64,000 nt of DNA from NCBI GenBank assembly GCA_012295275.1, contig CM022671.1:16244001-16308000 (forward strand), given 5' to 3'. The notes beneath the pieces are model-generated. The model had not been told where the DNA came from. It did not search any database and saw only the letters and a program-made list of their open reading frames with translations. Positions 1-12,540 of this stretch are shown here, piece after piece. The stretch's first letter is position 1. Each line of letters begins with the position of its first letter. The translations under genes were made by a program, and so were the position numbers. Source of the DNA: Chrysomallon squamiferum (taxonomy: Eukaryota > Animalia > Mollusca).

Positions 1-292
1 AAGTGCAATACATACTATAACCTGAATTTTATCTACGTTTATCTCAATTCTAAGACTGAGTTTTCAAAGATCAAAAGGCTTGCTTTAATTTGTGTTTATT
101 TATATAACAGTATTTCAGTGGTTACCTTAATGAATATTCATAGTTCTTAACAATATTAATACAAATACCATTTATTAACAAAAATAAAAATTAAGAAATA
201 AAATTTTTAACAATAAATAAAATAAAATAATTTCAAAAATACCAAACTATAACTATTACTTCTTAAAACTTAAAATCATTTGCATTCTTCAT

Positions 293-297
<5 letters not shown>

Positions 298-350
<53 letters not shown>
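298..350. repeat. (GA)n microsatellite
   Basis: Perfect GA dinucleotide run seen directly. Confidence 0.98.
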
Positions 351-353
<3 letters not shown>

Positions 354-624
354 CTGTAGCAAAGAAACTAATTAATTTCTGGTCACAAAAGAAAATGTTT
401 TAATTTTACATTATATAAATTAAAAAACACAACAATCAGATACAAAAGAATAGAGAAGAAAGAGACCAAAGCAAAGAAACTGACTCACAATTGATGTGTT
501 AATTACTAAGAAAACAGACAATTAATTACAGGGTGGCAAACCTCCCACTCAGAACATCAATCATATTGCTGACTCAGTGCAAAGGAACAAGTGACCACTT
601 CACATCCTCCTAATAAATAACAAT

Positions 625-1180
625 GTTTTACCAGTGTACAGCAGTTAGACTTCAGATAAATTACTCTAACACTGAATTAAATGCAGATGTTTTACATATT
701 ATACAGTGGAGATTTCTAACACTGAAATAAATACAAACGTTTTACCATTATTCAGCAGAGAGAGTTTTAACAAATAATAAATACAAATGTTTTACCACTA
801 AACACCAGTTCTAACACTGAAATAGATAAGAACATTTTACCACTAAACACCAGAGTTCTAACACTGAAATAAATAAGAACAATTTACCACTAAACACCAG
901 AGTTCTAAAACTGAAATAAATACAAACATTTTACCACTAAACACCAGAGTTCTAACACTGAAATAAACAAGAACATTTTACCACTATATACCAGTGTTCT
1001 AACAGAAGAAATATATAAGAAGATTTTACCACTATATACCAGCATTCTAACACAGAAATGTATAAGAAGATTTTACCACTATATACCAGCGTTCTAACAC
1101 AGAAATGTATAAGAAGATTTTACCACTAAATACCAGTGTTCTAACACAGAAATAAATAAGAAGATTTTACCAGTACACAC
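625..1180. repeat. 47-bp minisatellite, about 11 copies
   Basis: Unit ~TTTTACCACTAAACACCAGAGTTCTAACACTGAAATAAATAAGAACA; consecutive units start at 835 and 882; the left-hand copies are more degenerate. Confidence 0.95.
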
Positions 1181-2917
1181 CAAAGGAAACCCGGCTGCTG
1201 TTCATGTCAGCTTTACTTCCATGTAGTCGCCAGAAACATGGGATGTGAACGTCAGTCATCACTCATTGTTTGGAGGCCATAAATTTCTCCATCTTACAAT
1301 ACAAGAAATGCATATGGCATGGATAATGTATTTGGAGTACAAAGGCCAGTCTGACAACAATGGACTAATCGGAGGAAGCATGCAACATCCCTAAATTTTT
1401 AAACAGTTCTAAACAATTACTTGTACAGTCATGTCTAGAACAGGAAAAAAAAAAAAAATATGACTAAGATTAAAAATTTACCAATAGCCGGTAATTCTTT
1501 ACTCTGTACAAAATGATTGTAGCTGTAACCTTAGCTGTGTTTAATTGATTATTAACTAGGGAAAAGATAATGTTTAAAAAGAAATCCTTTTTGAAATTCA
1601 CTATAACTTAGTTAAATTTTAATAACTACAAACTTCACTTAGCTTTAATAATTCACAGCTGATAAACTTTTAAAGAAAAATAAAGTTGATACTTTTCTTA
1701 ACAAAATAGAAGAAGAAAAGCTCCTGAGAAAAGAAAAAAGAAAGAATGAATGAAAGAAAAGAAAACAAAGAAAAAAGAAAAGAAAAGAAAATATATTGTA
1801 AAAAGAATGGAAAAAGAAAAACATTTTTTTTTTTTAAATTAGTATCATCAAGCATGTAAAGCCAGTGTCTATTTTAATATTACAGTTTTCAAAATATTTG
1901 TAAGTCTTCTCACATTTTAAACATGTTCTGAATATAGTTTATAGTGCAGTCTGTTGTAACGTTCAAATTACCTCTAATTGTAACACATGTAGCTAGTTGT
2001 AGACACTTTCTCACAACAGGTCTACAAGGGATAGGCAACAGCAACATTTAAAGTAATTAATGTAAAGTGCTGAATGAACATCATCTTATGAACATATTTT
2101 TAATAAGATACAGCTGATTTTTCAGTCTTCCATATCAGTTCAGAACAAACAGAACAATTATCAGCCTTTTTAATAACAAAAACCACAAAGTAATTATAAG
2201 AAAGATGTGCTGATGTAATAACTAAGATCTATTTATATATAAATAAATAAATTAATTAATTAATTTCATTTTCCTTGGTCATCAAAGTAGACATTAATAT
2301 AATTAGCACAGTACAATTAATTATTGTTTTTATAAAATCAGAATATTAACAATAACAATACTACTACTACTACTACTACTACTGCAATAGTAACTTTAAA
2401 ATGATAATAAAAGCAAACCAATCACAAGTAATTAATTAATATTACATTACATTCCTAATTTACATTTATTAATGAAACTGTTATAACATTGTATTTTACA
2501 AAGAAACACAATGTAACACAGTTCAGAGAAACCAATGAAAAAGTATATATTAAATTTAAAAACAAAATAAAATCAAACAAACAAAAAGAAACCCACTGAA
2601 AATGTACCAGGAAAACAATGAAATGTGTTACATTTAAAACAGAATGAATGACAGTGAATAAACCTCACTGAAAAACAAAATACAAAAAACCCCCCAAAAA
2701 AACAACCCTCCCAAAAAAACCAGGAAATGGTGAACAAAAATACACAATGAAATCCAATGGAACAAAGTATGAAAAGCAGTATATTAAAAACAACGAAGTG
2801 TATAAATTACAACAAAAGTTAAAAAAACAGGATAAAAAGAGTACATAAAAACCCCACAATGAATCACAATATAAAAACACAATGAAACAGTGTCTAATAA
2901 AACACAACAACACTTAC

Positions 2918-2957
2918 CAAAAAACTGATCTAGCTTTGTTCTGTTTGTACATTCCAT
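2918..2957 (-). CDS. Coding part of a putative alternative first exon (MECTNRTKLDQFF + 1 nt, phase-1 donor) of an unidentified gene
   Basis: Minus strand reads gaaATGGAATGTACAAACAGAACAAAGCTAGATCAGTTTTTTG|GTAAGTG: purine at -3 and G at +4 around the ATG, open frame, strong 5' splice site, followed by T-rich intron-like sequence. No homology recognised. Confidence 0.5.
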
Positions 2958-3400
2958 TTCCCAACAATTCTGTCACTCAGAGGATATTTTACACTCCACA
3001 CCATACCCACAGACACACACACACACCAAATTATTATTATTTTTTGAAAATCACTTGAAGTAAACGGTAGTCCAAATACTGTACACAGTAGTATCTTCAC
3101 ACATTTTTTCACCAACAAAACCACCAGTTCATACAAATGCTGCCAGTCGCTAGCTCATGCTGTGAGAACTTGTAGCTCTAGTCCTCGGTTTGTGAACACT
3201 GCTGTGAGAATATACTGCTAAACTTCCACATACTACAACAGCAGCTATGAGCTACAGAGAGAGAGAGAGAGAGAGAGACTGAGCTGTCAGCCAGTGAGTG
3301 GTGGTACAGTGAGATACTCTTGCCTGCCTTGGCTTGATCATTATCAAGTAGCCCAGCCCCCAGTTCCACAACACAGCAGCCAGCCAGCCCATAATAGCTG
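2958..3400 (-). promoter_or_regulatory. Putative core promoter and 5' UTR of the alternative first exon (Inr TCAGT, A at 3280)
   Basis: Minus-strand CTCAGT at 3283-3278 is followed directly by a (CT)n tract, with a GC-richer segment upstream (to ~3400) and a donor 363 nt downstream. The TCAGT initiator is established in protostomes; the TSS assignment is inference. Confidence 0.4.
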
Positions 3401-3597
3401 CAGTGTATTAATTAACTCACACCAAATTCCTGTTGTGTGGTTATTAAGACAAATAGATCTTTCTCACAAGTGATGGTGAAATGAAAAACGTAGTAGTCTG
3501 GTCTGCTGGTAATGAAACCTGCTGGCTAGCTAGTGTTTTATAGAAATAATGAAATTTACTTTTTTACACACAGAAATTTATACACATGCATATTCAT

Positions 3598-3599
<2 letters not shown>

Positions 3600-3642
<43 letters not shown>
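3600..3642. repeat. (CA)n microsatellite
   Basis: Perfect CA run. Confidence 0.98.
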
Positions 3643-3646
<4 letters not shown>

Positions 3647-3714
3647 GCTATACAGACACCTTTACATATTTATGTAATCATGTAACACATACATATACCC
3701 ACTCAGACACACAC

Positions 3715-3717
<3 letters not shown>

Positions 3718-3751
<34 letters not shown>
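3718..3751. repeat. (GA)n microsatellite
   Basis: Perfect GA run. Confidence 0.97.
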
Positions 3752-3753
<2 letters not shown>

Positions 3754-3904
3754 TGAAATATGTTGGATACATTAATTTTGTGCTTTCTGCATTATTAGAA
3801 GAAATATAAATAAATACATATCTGTAAATACTGAATAAGAAAAGTTTAAATATAAATGTATATTAGATTATAGATATATATCTATAAAAAATGGAAATAA
3901 AAAC

Positions 3905-4110
3905 TATTGCTGAATTATATTTGACAAGTTACAGTTTACATGTAAATATGAATATTATATAATTATCTGCAAAAATACGAAACTCAGACTATTGTTAACC
4001 GTATCTGAAAAGTTACAGTTTACATCTGAATACTAAGTACAAATCCATAAAGATATGAAATACAGACTTCAGATGAATTATATTTAAAAAGTTACAGTTT
4101 AAATGGAATT
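3905..4110. repeat. Degenerate ~80-85 bp tandem repeat, about 3 copies
   Basis: AAGTTACAGTTTA recurs at ~3926, ~4011 and ~4089, with shared flanking GAATTATATTT and CAGACT words. Confidence 0.65.
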
Positions 4111-6589
4111 AGAAGTCTTTGTTAAATGCAGACGGTATTTGAAACGGTAATAAATACAACCTTGCCAAAATTGATATAAATGGTAGAAATCGGTCTGTGT
4201 AATTACTCACATGTACAATTAAGACATTCTGATAAAGCAGCTTACATTAATGTCTCTGACTGAAACCTGATTCTTATTAATTGGTGTGCAGCATGCAATA
4301 TTTAACGCTGCGTCTGGGAGGTATTTTATTTCAATCAATTTACGAGATTAGTAAATCTATTAAAATAAATGTGAATGGTGAAAATGGGATGTGTTGTCGT
4401 AGATAATGCAGTCTGAGTGTAGCAAGAGAACGGAACATTTGTCAATTTTATAGACGTTTCGGGAACGAAGATTTATCGACATTTGAGTTTATTTCTCGTT
4501 TTCTTTCAGTTACCACAGCAATTGATACCGTTTGATATTCAATTTCAGACACTTTTGTTTAAATCAACTTCATGTAGAATAGATAAATAAACTGAGAAAA
4601 AAAAATAAATGAATTTACTAAATTTTGTTTGCGCATCTTAAAACAGATATTTATTTTTTTTATTCTATTTATTTATTTAATTATTTATTTAAAGAAATAT
4701 ATATTAAGAATCTATGAAATGAGTAATCTAAAATGATAATTAAATTTCTTTCTTAAGACTTTTAAAGTATCCTACATCTGTGTACAGAAATCATTATCCC
4801 TTAATAACAAACAAGTAAAGAAGATTACATCACAAATTGTGTTCTCCGTTTAAAGGTAACCTTCAACACCTTTTGCACGACAGAAGTTTTAATATGGCTC
4901 AGTAAATACAGATTTGTTACTGAAGCATGTTTACTTTCAGATAATGCAGAATGTTCATCATTTTGTGTTTTTCATTTAAAAAGCATACCAGTGATGTTAA
5001 TGCAGTGACTCTTATGGACATGGAATAAAGTTACAGAGATAATTATTCTGAAAACTGATTAGTAATCCTATAATGCCATGTCTGAATCAGTTGAAGATAA
5101 AAACAAGATTAAAATTAAAGTAACTGAAAAAATTAAAAATTCAAAAGAAAAAAATAAAGGAAAAACGAAATCATTGTATTGATTAGATGAAAAGACATGC
5201 TTAGAACTTTACAACAGTTTTTTTTCTTTAAAAAAAAACAACTGAAAATGAAAAAAAAAAGTTAAAAAAAATTACAAGATAGAAACCAGGAAATAATGCC
5301 AACAAATATTACGTCATTTTAAAAAAACAAACAAAAAAAATTAAAATATCAGATTGTTTTTGTCAGAATGAAACCAAGCATTAAATGTAATAATCTATTC
5401 TTTACTAAAATGTTTTTATTTTAATTCCTTTTTTTTATTGAACTAAACAGTTAAAATTAGACTCATCAAACAACAAATTAATCACAACATTGTCTTCTTT
5501 AGAACGCAAACCAGCCATGGAACATTACAAACGAGCCTTTTAACTAAACACCAGAAAATACTGCAAACAAATGCTTCATGATAAAAACAACAAAAACAAC
5601 AGTACATCAATATGCTGGATGTAACAACACTATTGCGTCAGTGTGCATTTACAATATGATACCAGCACCAACATGAATGGAAGAAAAAAAAAAAAAAAAA
5701 AATCCCTGTACACTGTTTCGAGCACCTCTAATCAATATTTTACCTAAAAAAAAAAAAAAAAATGTTCCTGTCACAGCCTATGAACATACATGACCATGGC
5801 TGTAGTCATGTCAAGTGCAAATGGCTGCAAGACATTCACTTCTGGTGACAAATTTAATTGTACACACTGCCTAATGAAACCTAACAATGTAGACTGTTAG
5901 CCAGTGTTCCATACAAATGGCTTCAATATGCTATCACCGTCCTAGAGGTAAATCTCCACAGTGCTGACCTTTTACAGTGCCTTGTATATCAATCACACTG
6001 CGTATATTACAGTGCATCTGTTTGTGCTTTCTTTTCTTTCAGTGAGTGTGTGTTTATTAATGTTAAAAAATGTGCACGTAACATGTTTTGTTTAGAACAG
6101 TATTTAGTGAATCTAAACATCTTATATTAAAAAGTTGAAAAAATTTTAAAAATGAAAGAGTTTATGTGTGTGTATATGTATATATGTATGTATGTATGCA
6201 TGCATGTGTGTGTGTGTGTATGTGTATACACTCATACAGAAGGGTCTAGATGAATAAAATAAATTAAAATTAAATTAAAAAGTACAAATAAATTTATTAA
6301 TTGATTAAGTTAAATAAATAAAGAAAGAAAACAAATGAATATAAAAAAAAAAAAAAAAAGTACAAATACAAATAAAAATGTAAATGATAACAATTCAAGA
6401 AGATAAAAAAAATAATCTATTTTTCCCATTTACCTTTCTTTTCACTGCATTACACAGACATTCTCAGCAGTTTCTGATATAAACATTTTGTAGGACCACA
6501 TATCACTTGTTAATAACTGACAGCCAGCCACCTGATCTGTACGCAAACTCATTACCTCTTGAGTGTGAACAGTTGAAACACACCAAAAC

Positions 6590-6780
6590 CACCACCATGG
6601 TTACAACACACCACAACCACCACCACCACCACTGGCGGCACCTGCAAGACATGTGGCAGCAGCAGCAGCAGCCTCAACTGAATTACAATGCCACAACAGA
6701 GATGCATGTCACCAAGCCCCACATTTGAATCAATTCAGAGAACCAGGCGAGGCAAGGCAAGGCAAGGCAAGGCAAGGCAA
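6590..6780. repeat. Simple-repeat cluster: (CAC)n, (CAG)n and (GGCAA)6
   Basis: CAC run ~6617-6632, CAG run ~6657-6672 and perfect (GGCAA)6 at 6751-6780. Confidence 0.9.
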
Positions 6781-9700
6781 ATTGCAGACCATCAAAGCAA
6801 CTGTAGAGCACCCTCTGTCAGCTGCAAGCCCTTTTACACAATGCCACAACTGCTATTAAATTTGTCCAATTAAAAATGGCAAAGGCCAGTGTAATGGAGG
6901 TGTCTCCGCTGACAACACAGAGCTTTGTTCAGCGAGAATGGAGCAAAGTGAAATCTCAAAGAGAAACTAAACAGTGACAAAATGTTTCATCATCTGCCAG
7001 GCAGAACCCGAATGGACTTGATCACAGAGAGGGGTCAGAGGGAAAGATATTTGGCAATATTTTTTTTTTTATTATTGTTTGCAGTGAGAAATAATTTTGT
7101 TTTAACAGGAAATATTTTATGGATAATAATGTGGAAAAAAACCCAAAACAAAGCAAAAAACATTTTTTTTGACTGTTTACATTAGTCTTTTATGTTTTGT
7201 TTATATTAGCAATATTTTAGTAATTAAAAAGAAAATACTGAATAATATTAGAGCTGATTTTAATTGCATGTGTTGTGAGAAAAGTAATATATAAGGCTTT
7301 TAATTATATCCAAAACATTTTATATAAAATCTTTTTCAAGTATAATACTAAGTACTGCGTATAGATTTTATCTGACATTTATGTAATTTAATACCTCCAT
7401 CCTACATAACACATTTGTCATTTGCGCTACATATATAAAATACATATTTCATTTTTGTTTCCTTTTTGTTCTTTTTTTTAAAGAAAATTATACTTTTGTA
7501 AAGCTTTCTGTTCTTTCTCGAAGGACCTCATTTCCATATTATTCAGTTAATAAAAAAATAAAAAAATAAAAAAAACATAAATAAAAAATAAAATAAAATA
7601 AAATAAATACAGACAAAGAAAGAAAGAAAAAAGTCAAAGGCTTTTCCTAAAAGCCATGTGTTACTTTTTTGTCAGTCATATTATTATGGGTGGGAATGCA
7701 CCCAGTGACTGGCTGCACAGTTTACAAAATATTTACAGTGGTATATTTCTCATCTTGATAACAACACCCACCCACCCACAACAACTGTGACACCCACAAC
7801 AACTGTGACACCCACTATTTTCCTGATACCCTCGGTCCAGCCCTGCCAGAGCAGTGGGGAAACGCCAGTGTGTGACAAATGGATCAATTACAACATGTGT
7901 TATTATAAAACCATTTCAAATAAAATGTTTATCTGATATTCGATACCCATCTGCTGGGACCCAAGTTGGTTATTTGCGTGACAAAGCGGCTGTTAAAACT
8001 GGGCATAATTCACTTGAGAAATAACAGGTATCTTTTATTTGTCTTCATCATTTGTTACACCTTTTTAACAGTTTCTTGTACAGACGGCTTTGTAGCTGGT
8101 CATGACCCATGCCCATCACAATACCAGTGTCCGGATGTGTGAGGAAAGTGGGTGGACATTACATTTGTACTTGTCAAAGTGGTCCACATTTCCTTACCAT
8201 TCTTGAGGTAAAAAATAAAAGGCCTTTGAAAAGAACTCAGTGACCTTTAGGAATTGAAAATTCAAAAAGAAAAAACTATAAAAATACTGTAAGGAAAACA
8301 AGAATTTCAGAGAGGTATTTAGAAAAGATTTGAGGTGGTTTTGTGAAGTTAAAATTTCAGAATCATGTTTGGAATTTTATTTTAAAAATAATATAAATGA
8401 ATATTACACATATGTGCAGTCTACAGAAGCTTGATAAATATAAAAGTTTAAAAAAACTAACTTTCCTCCTATTAAATACCATTGACCAATATTTTGTTTG
8501 TTTGTTGTTTTTTTTTCTGGGGTTTTTTTCTATTTCTAAATTTTGCATTCCATTTTATTAAATGAATATTAATGCATTAAAATATTTATTATAGATGCCT
8601 TTTTTTTTTTTTTTTTTTTTTTATATAATATATAATTGATTTACCTCTCTGTGTCATGTATATAAAATTAAACCATGACTGTCAAAGGGAACATATATGT
8701 AAGACCAACAGAATAGTATTGTCTTAAAACACTGTTATTGCACTGTGAACAAACCACACACACAGATAAATAAATCAAATTCCTCAAATAACTTGAAGCA
8801 GCTGGTAACAGTTTGGTATCCAGGTAACATAAAACAGTCGGGAGGGTACGCGAAATGACCAAAGCCTGGAAATAATGACGATCAAAGATTTTGCTAAGTG
8901 CCAATTACTCGAATCCTGCCATTAAATTTGCCGAAGCCAGTACAATAGCTCTGCCCCTCCTGACAGGCACACCCGTGGAGGCTGGGAGGCCAGGGCAGAG
9001 ATTCCTGAATGCCATCATGTCGTTCTAACCAGACATTACTTCTGTTTTACATCCTCGTAACCAACATTCTGCCTACAGTTACCACGTCTTCAGTGCTGGA
9101 AGAGCAACTGCAAAATGCTACATGAATTCCAAGAATAACTGTTTATTGCTGGTTTTACTATTTGTAAAAGTCTGGAATTTATTAACAATGACACAGTAGA
9201 CATAAAAACACAATTCTCCTCTCAATTTAAACTAATTCTGAACGCTTCAAAACTTGAATGGAAATAATTGTTAATTTCGTCAAAGCAGTCACTTTTATTA
9301 TTTTCTTTTATACTTGCCTGCACCAATACAATTATGAGCTGCCTCTGATTTCATTTTATTTCACTGATTTCATTTTATTTCAGTTATTTGACGGGTTTTT
9401 TATCTGGGTTTTTTTTTTTTTTACCAGTGTGAATGTCTGGTCTGATTAATGCTGTAGTTTGTTAGTCATGCCCCTCAAGATTAATTCACCTGTATTTATC
9501 AACATCCTGAGTTCACAATTTACATGACAAAGCAAAATACTCATGTTAAAAAAAAAGAGAAAAATTAAAAATTAAAACAGAAAAAAAAAAAAAAAAAAAG
9601 ACTTTCACTGAAATCACAAAATTTTTGAAAATAATTTACATGTAAAAACTAATCTTGAATTGATAACACCCTGATTAAGAAAATAAACTAATGTCTAGTG

Positions 9701-11243
9701 ATTGATTTTATTTCTTTCTTCTTCCAAATAAGCTGACTATTTTAATTTAAAACTTAGCCATAACTGTTAATTACTATGAGACAGTCTCAAAATTAATATA
9801 ATTCTTTTTTGAGTATATAGTTAACATTTAACATATCACTGATGTTAATTTTAATATGATTTCATAAAAGACAGAAACAGAAGGCAAATTAAAAGGATGA
9901 ATTGGAATAGTTTGATTTAACAAGTTCCAAAGCTGTGAAAACCAAATATAAATGCTCTATTATTATTCATCTGTTTGTTGTTTAGCCAAACACTGTAATT
10001 AGAAACAAGAATTTCAAATCAATATTTACAATGCAGGTGTTATATTACGGTTATAGACAATTTAGAACATGAAATAAAAAGTAATTTTTAAATATTTGTG
10101 AAATAAAATATTTTTGTCAATAAAGAAAATAAATAAAATGAAAAAAAAAATGTTTGCAAGTGTTAAATAAATATTGACTTTATAAAAATTGTTTGTCTTT
10201 GTCAATATTAAATAATTATTGGTGTGAAAAAAAACCCCTATGTCAATATTAAATAAATACCAAAATAGATAGATTATCTTTGGCTATGAAAAATAAATGA
10301 AAAGCTAATAGAAAAAAAAGAGGTGTTTTTACTAGGATAAAATAAGATAAACATCAATAAAAACAAACTATCATTGCCAATAAAAATAAATTGAAAACTA
10401 ATAACAATCTGTCAAAGCTGAAATAAAACTGTTAAAAAATTAAAAAAAAAAAAAAAATCCCCCTAGTTTGTTTTCAATATTCAGTCTAAGATTGATTTAG
10501 AATTTGTAGAAGAAAAAAAAAATGTAAAAATTCATTTAACAGTGATGTGATACTAACTGATAAAAAAAAAAAAAAAAATGTCAGCAGTTTGAATTCAGAG
10601 CAAACAGAAGCTACTGGTCATGAATGTAAAACACATCAGCTGTATGATCGCAGCCAGTCGGACTGAATGTGGTAGCAGAGTGGCAGTCCTCGGAGAACCG
10701 ACGATCTAGCTGCTCTGAAATGAGCAATCAATTGCAGTGACAAACAGTTAAAGTGTATGCTACACTAACACACCTGCCTTGCTCCCAGCGGAGGCCGAGA
10801 ACTTATTACTTGTTGTTACATGGCACTTTGTAACCGTTCTCCAAGGTAAATGACAATTATTTACAAGAAGCCTCAAGTTAACAGCCAGTGCCGTGGGAGC
10901 AGATACAGTGCAAACGGAGATAATTATATAAGTCAACAGAGCCAGTGTAACAGGAGACAAACAGTGAGGAGCTGGTTGTACAGAGTTTGCTGATAAACTA
11001 AGTTAACTCAATTTTAATACTTCACACCTAAAACCCATTGTCTAACTATTCTTAGCTAAAGATACACTGAAAGCAAAAGAAAAAAGGTCCAGATTTTTTT
11101 TTTTTTTTTTTTTTTGAACTAAAGTTTTGGTTAGAAACCCATTTTTGACACTTTGTGGGCTATTTTTATTGTTTAATAGCAAGATATATTTTATAAGCGT
11201 CTTTTCGTGCACATGTAAGCACATATAGCTTTAGCTAAACAGT

Positions 11244-11440
11244 TGTGGAGAAAGTGGTTAGAATGGTAAAAATATGAAGTTTTTTTTTAACTTTTAAATA
11301 TGTGCTATGAAATTTCATTGTGGCAGTCAGTACAAAGACAATCTGTGGGGAAAGTGGTTTGATCAGGAAAAAATATAGCATTTTTGTATGTTTCATGTGT
11401 GCTGCCATGTCTCATTGAGGCAGACAGTACAAAGAGACAA
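11244..11440. repeat. Degenerate 100-bp tandem duplication
   Basis: TGTGG(A/G)GAAAGTGGTT starts at 11244 and 11344; both copies end TCATTG.GGCAG.CAGTACAAAGA. Confidence 0.85.
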
Positions 11441-11853
11441 ACTTGCCATCCATTATCAAAATTTACTGACATAACTGATTGCAGAGATTGTCCACAGTAA
11501 TTGATTGGTGTACCCTACATCAAGGGACATAATTACTACATACAGTGATGATTATGTAACCACAGAAGTCTGAACAATTACTAAATGTGTAAGCTATTAA
11601 ACTTGACAATAGGTCATAAGTCAATCCGTGATTTAAGGGTAATCAAACAGCAGTTATCATTTCCCCATGGCCATTCTCCCAGCCACTGTGTCTGTGATTG
11701 TTGTGCAAATGTACATAAAGACTAGTTGATCCAAAACTATCTATTCGGGCTATAGCTGTGATTAAAATCCTATAAATGCGAGTTGATTAAATGTTATGTA
11801 AATGTATTGTCCAGTCGCTTTGTGATGAAACAAATAAACCTTTCAAGTTTGTG

Positions 11854-11990
11854 TTGATAAATTTCAAGTTCCGACTGATATATTACCAGGCTAATAAATA
11901 TTAAGTTGCGGCCAATAAATATCGAATTCAGTTTGATACATATCAAGTTCAGCATGATAAATATCAAGCTGAGGTTGGTAAGTATAGGTT
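11854..11990. repeat. Degenerate 21-bp minisatellite
   Basis: Recurring GATAAATATCAAGTTCAG-like unit; explains the 7-residue periodicity of ORF 11794..12012. Confidence 0.75.
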
Positions 11991-12294
11991 TACAAATGTT
12001 ACTGGAAATCACAATGAAAATAAATTAAGTATTTGATTCTGCAAACAAAAATAGAGTAGAGAACACCACCCATATATAATACTGAATACAATGAACTGTC
12101 AGGTAAACACAGTAAATATTCCAAAACAATAAACATCCAGTCCTGGATGATTCATACATCTAACTACACTGTATGCATTAGATGACTCCACCTATAATAA
12201 AACACTGATTTCTGAACTTCTGGTTTTCACAGCTTTCAATTAATTACTTATGCTAACAAATATAATGTTGTAATTTCAGTTTTTTGTTTTGATA

Positions 12295-12540
12295 CTAAAA
12301 TCAAATCTCGTAATAGCAATAATTTGTTATTCTTTGCTATACAACATTCAATACCATCACTTTATATCAAAACAAAAACATAAATATGTTGTTCCATCTA
12401 GAAAATGCCAAAACAAAAATATGTCTCATTCTATATAGAAAATAGCAAGTCAATCATTTTGTATCAAAACAAAAATACGTCTTGTTCAGTTTAGAAAAAT
12501 AATAATAAGTCAATTATTTTTTATATGAAAACAAAAACCT
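12295..12540. repeat. Degenerate tandem repeat (~45-65 bp unit)
   Basis: Repeated TCAAAACAAAAA...TTGTTC...TAGAAAAT...AAGTCAAT words. Confidence 0.6.

Noticed and set aside
625-1180. Regularly spaced repeats resembling a CRISPR array (also 19976-20266 and 54825-55720)
   Set aside because: Head-to-tail units without unique spacers, no cas genes, eukaryotic context: these are minisatellites.
2918-2957. Assigning a gene name from the short peptides
   Set aside because: MECTNRTKLDQFF and KSDGRGFGNRITDNR are too short and match nothing I reliably recognise.
6507-6873. Three overlapping plus-strand ORFs with poly-His, poly-Gln and poly-Ala, superficially transcription-factor-like
   Set aside because: Explained by CAC/CAG/GGCAA microsatellites; short, no domain, no flanking splice sites, opposite to the inferred gene strand.
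12094-12112. ACTGTCAGGTAAA resembles part of miR-8/miR-200
   Set aside because: Seed and 3' end do not match and I see no hairpin partner.
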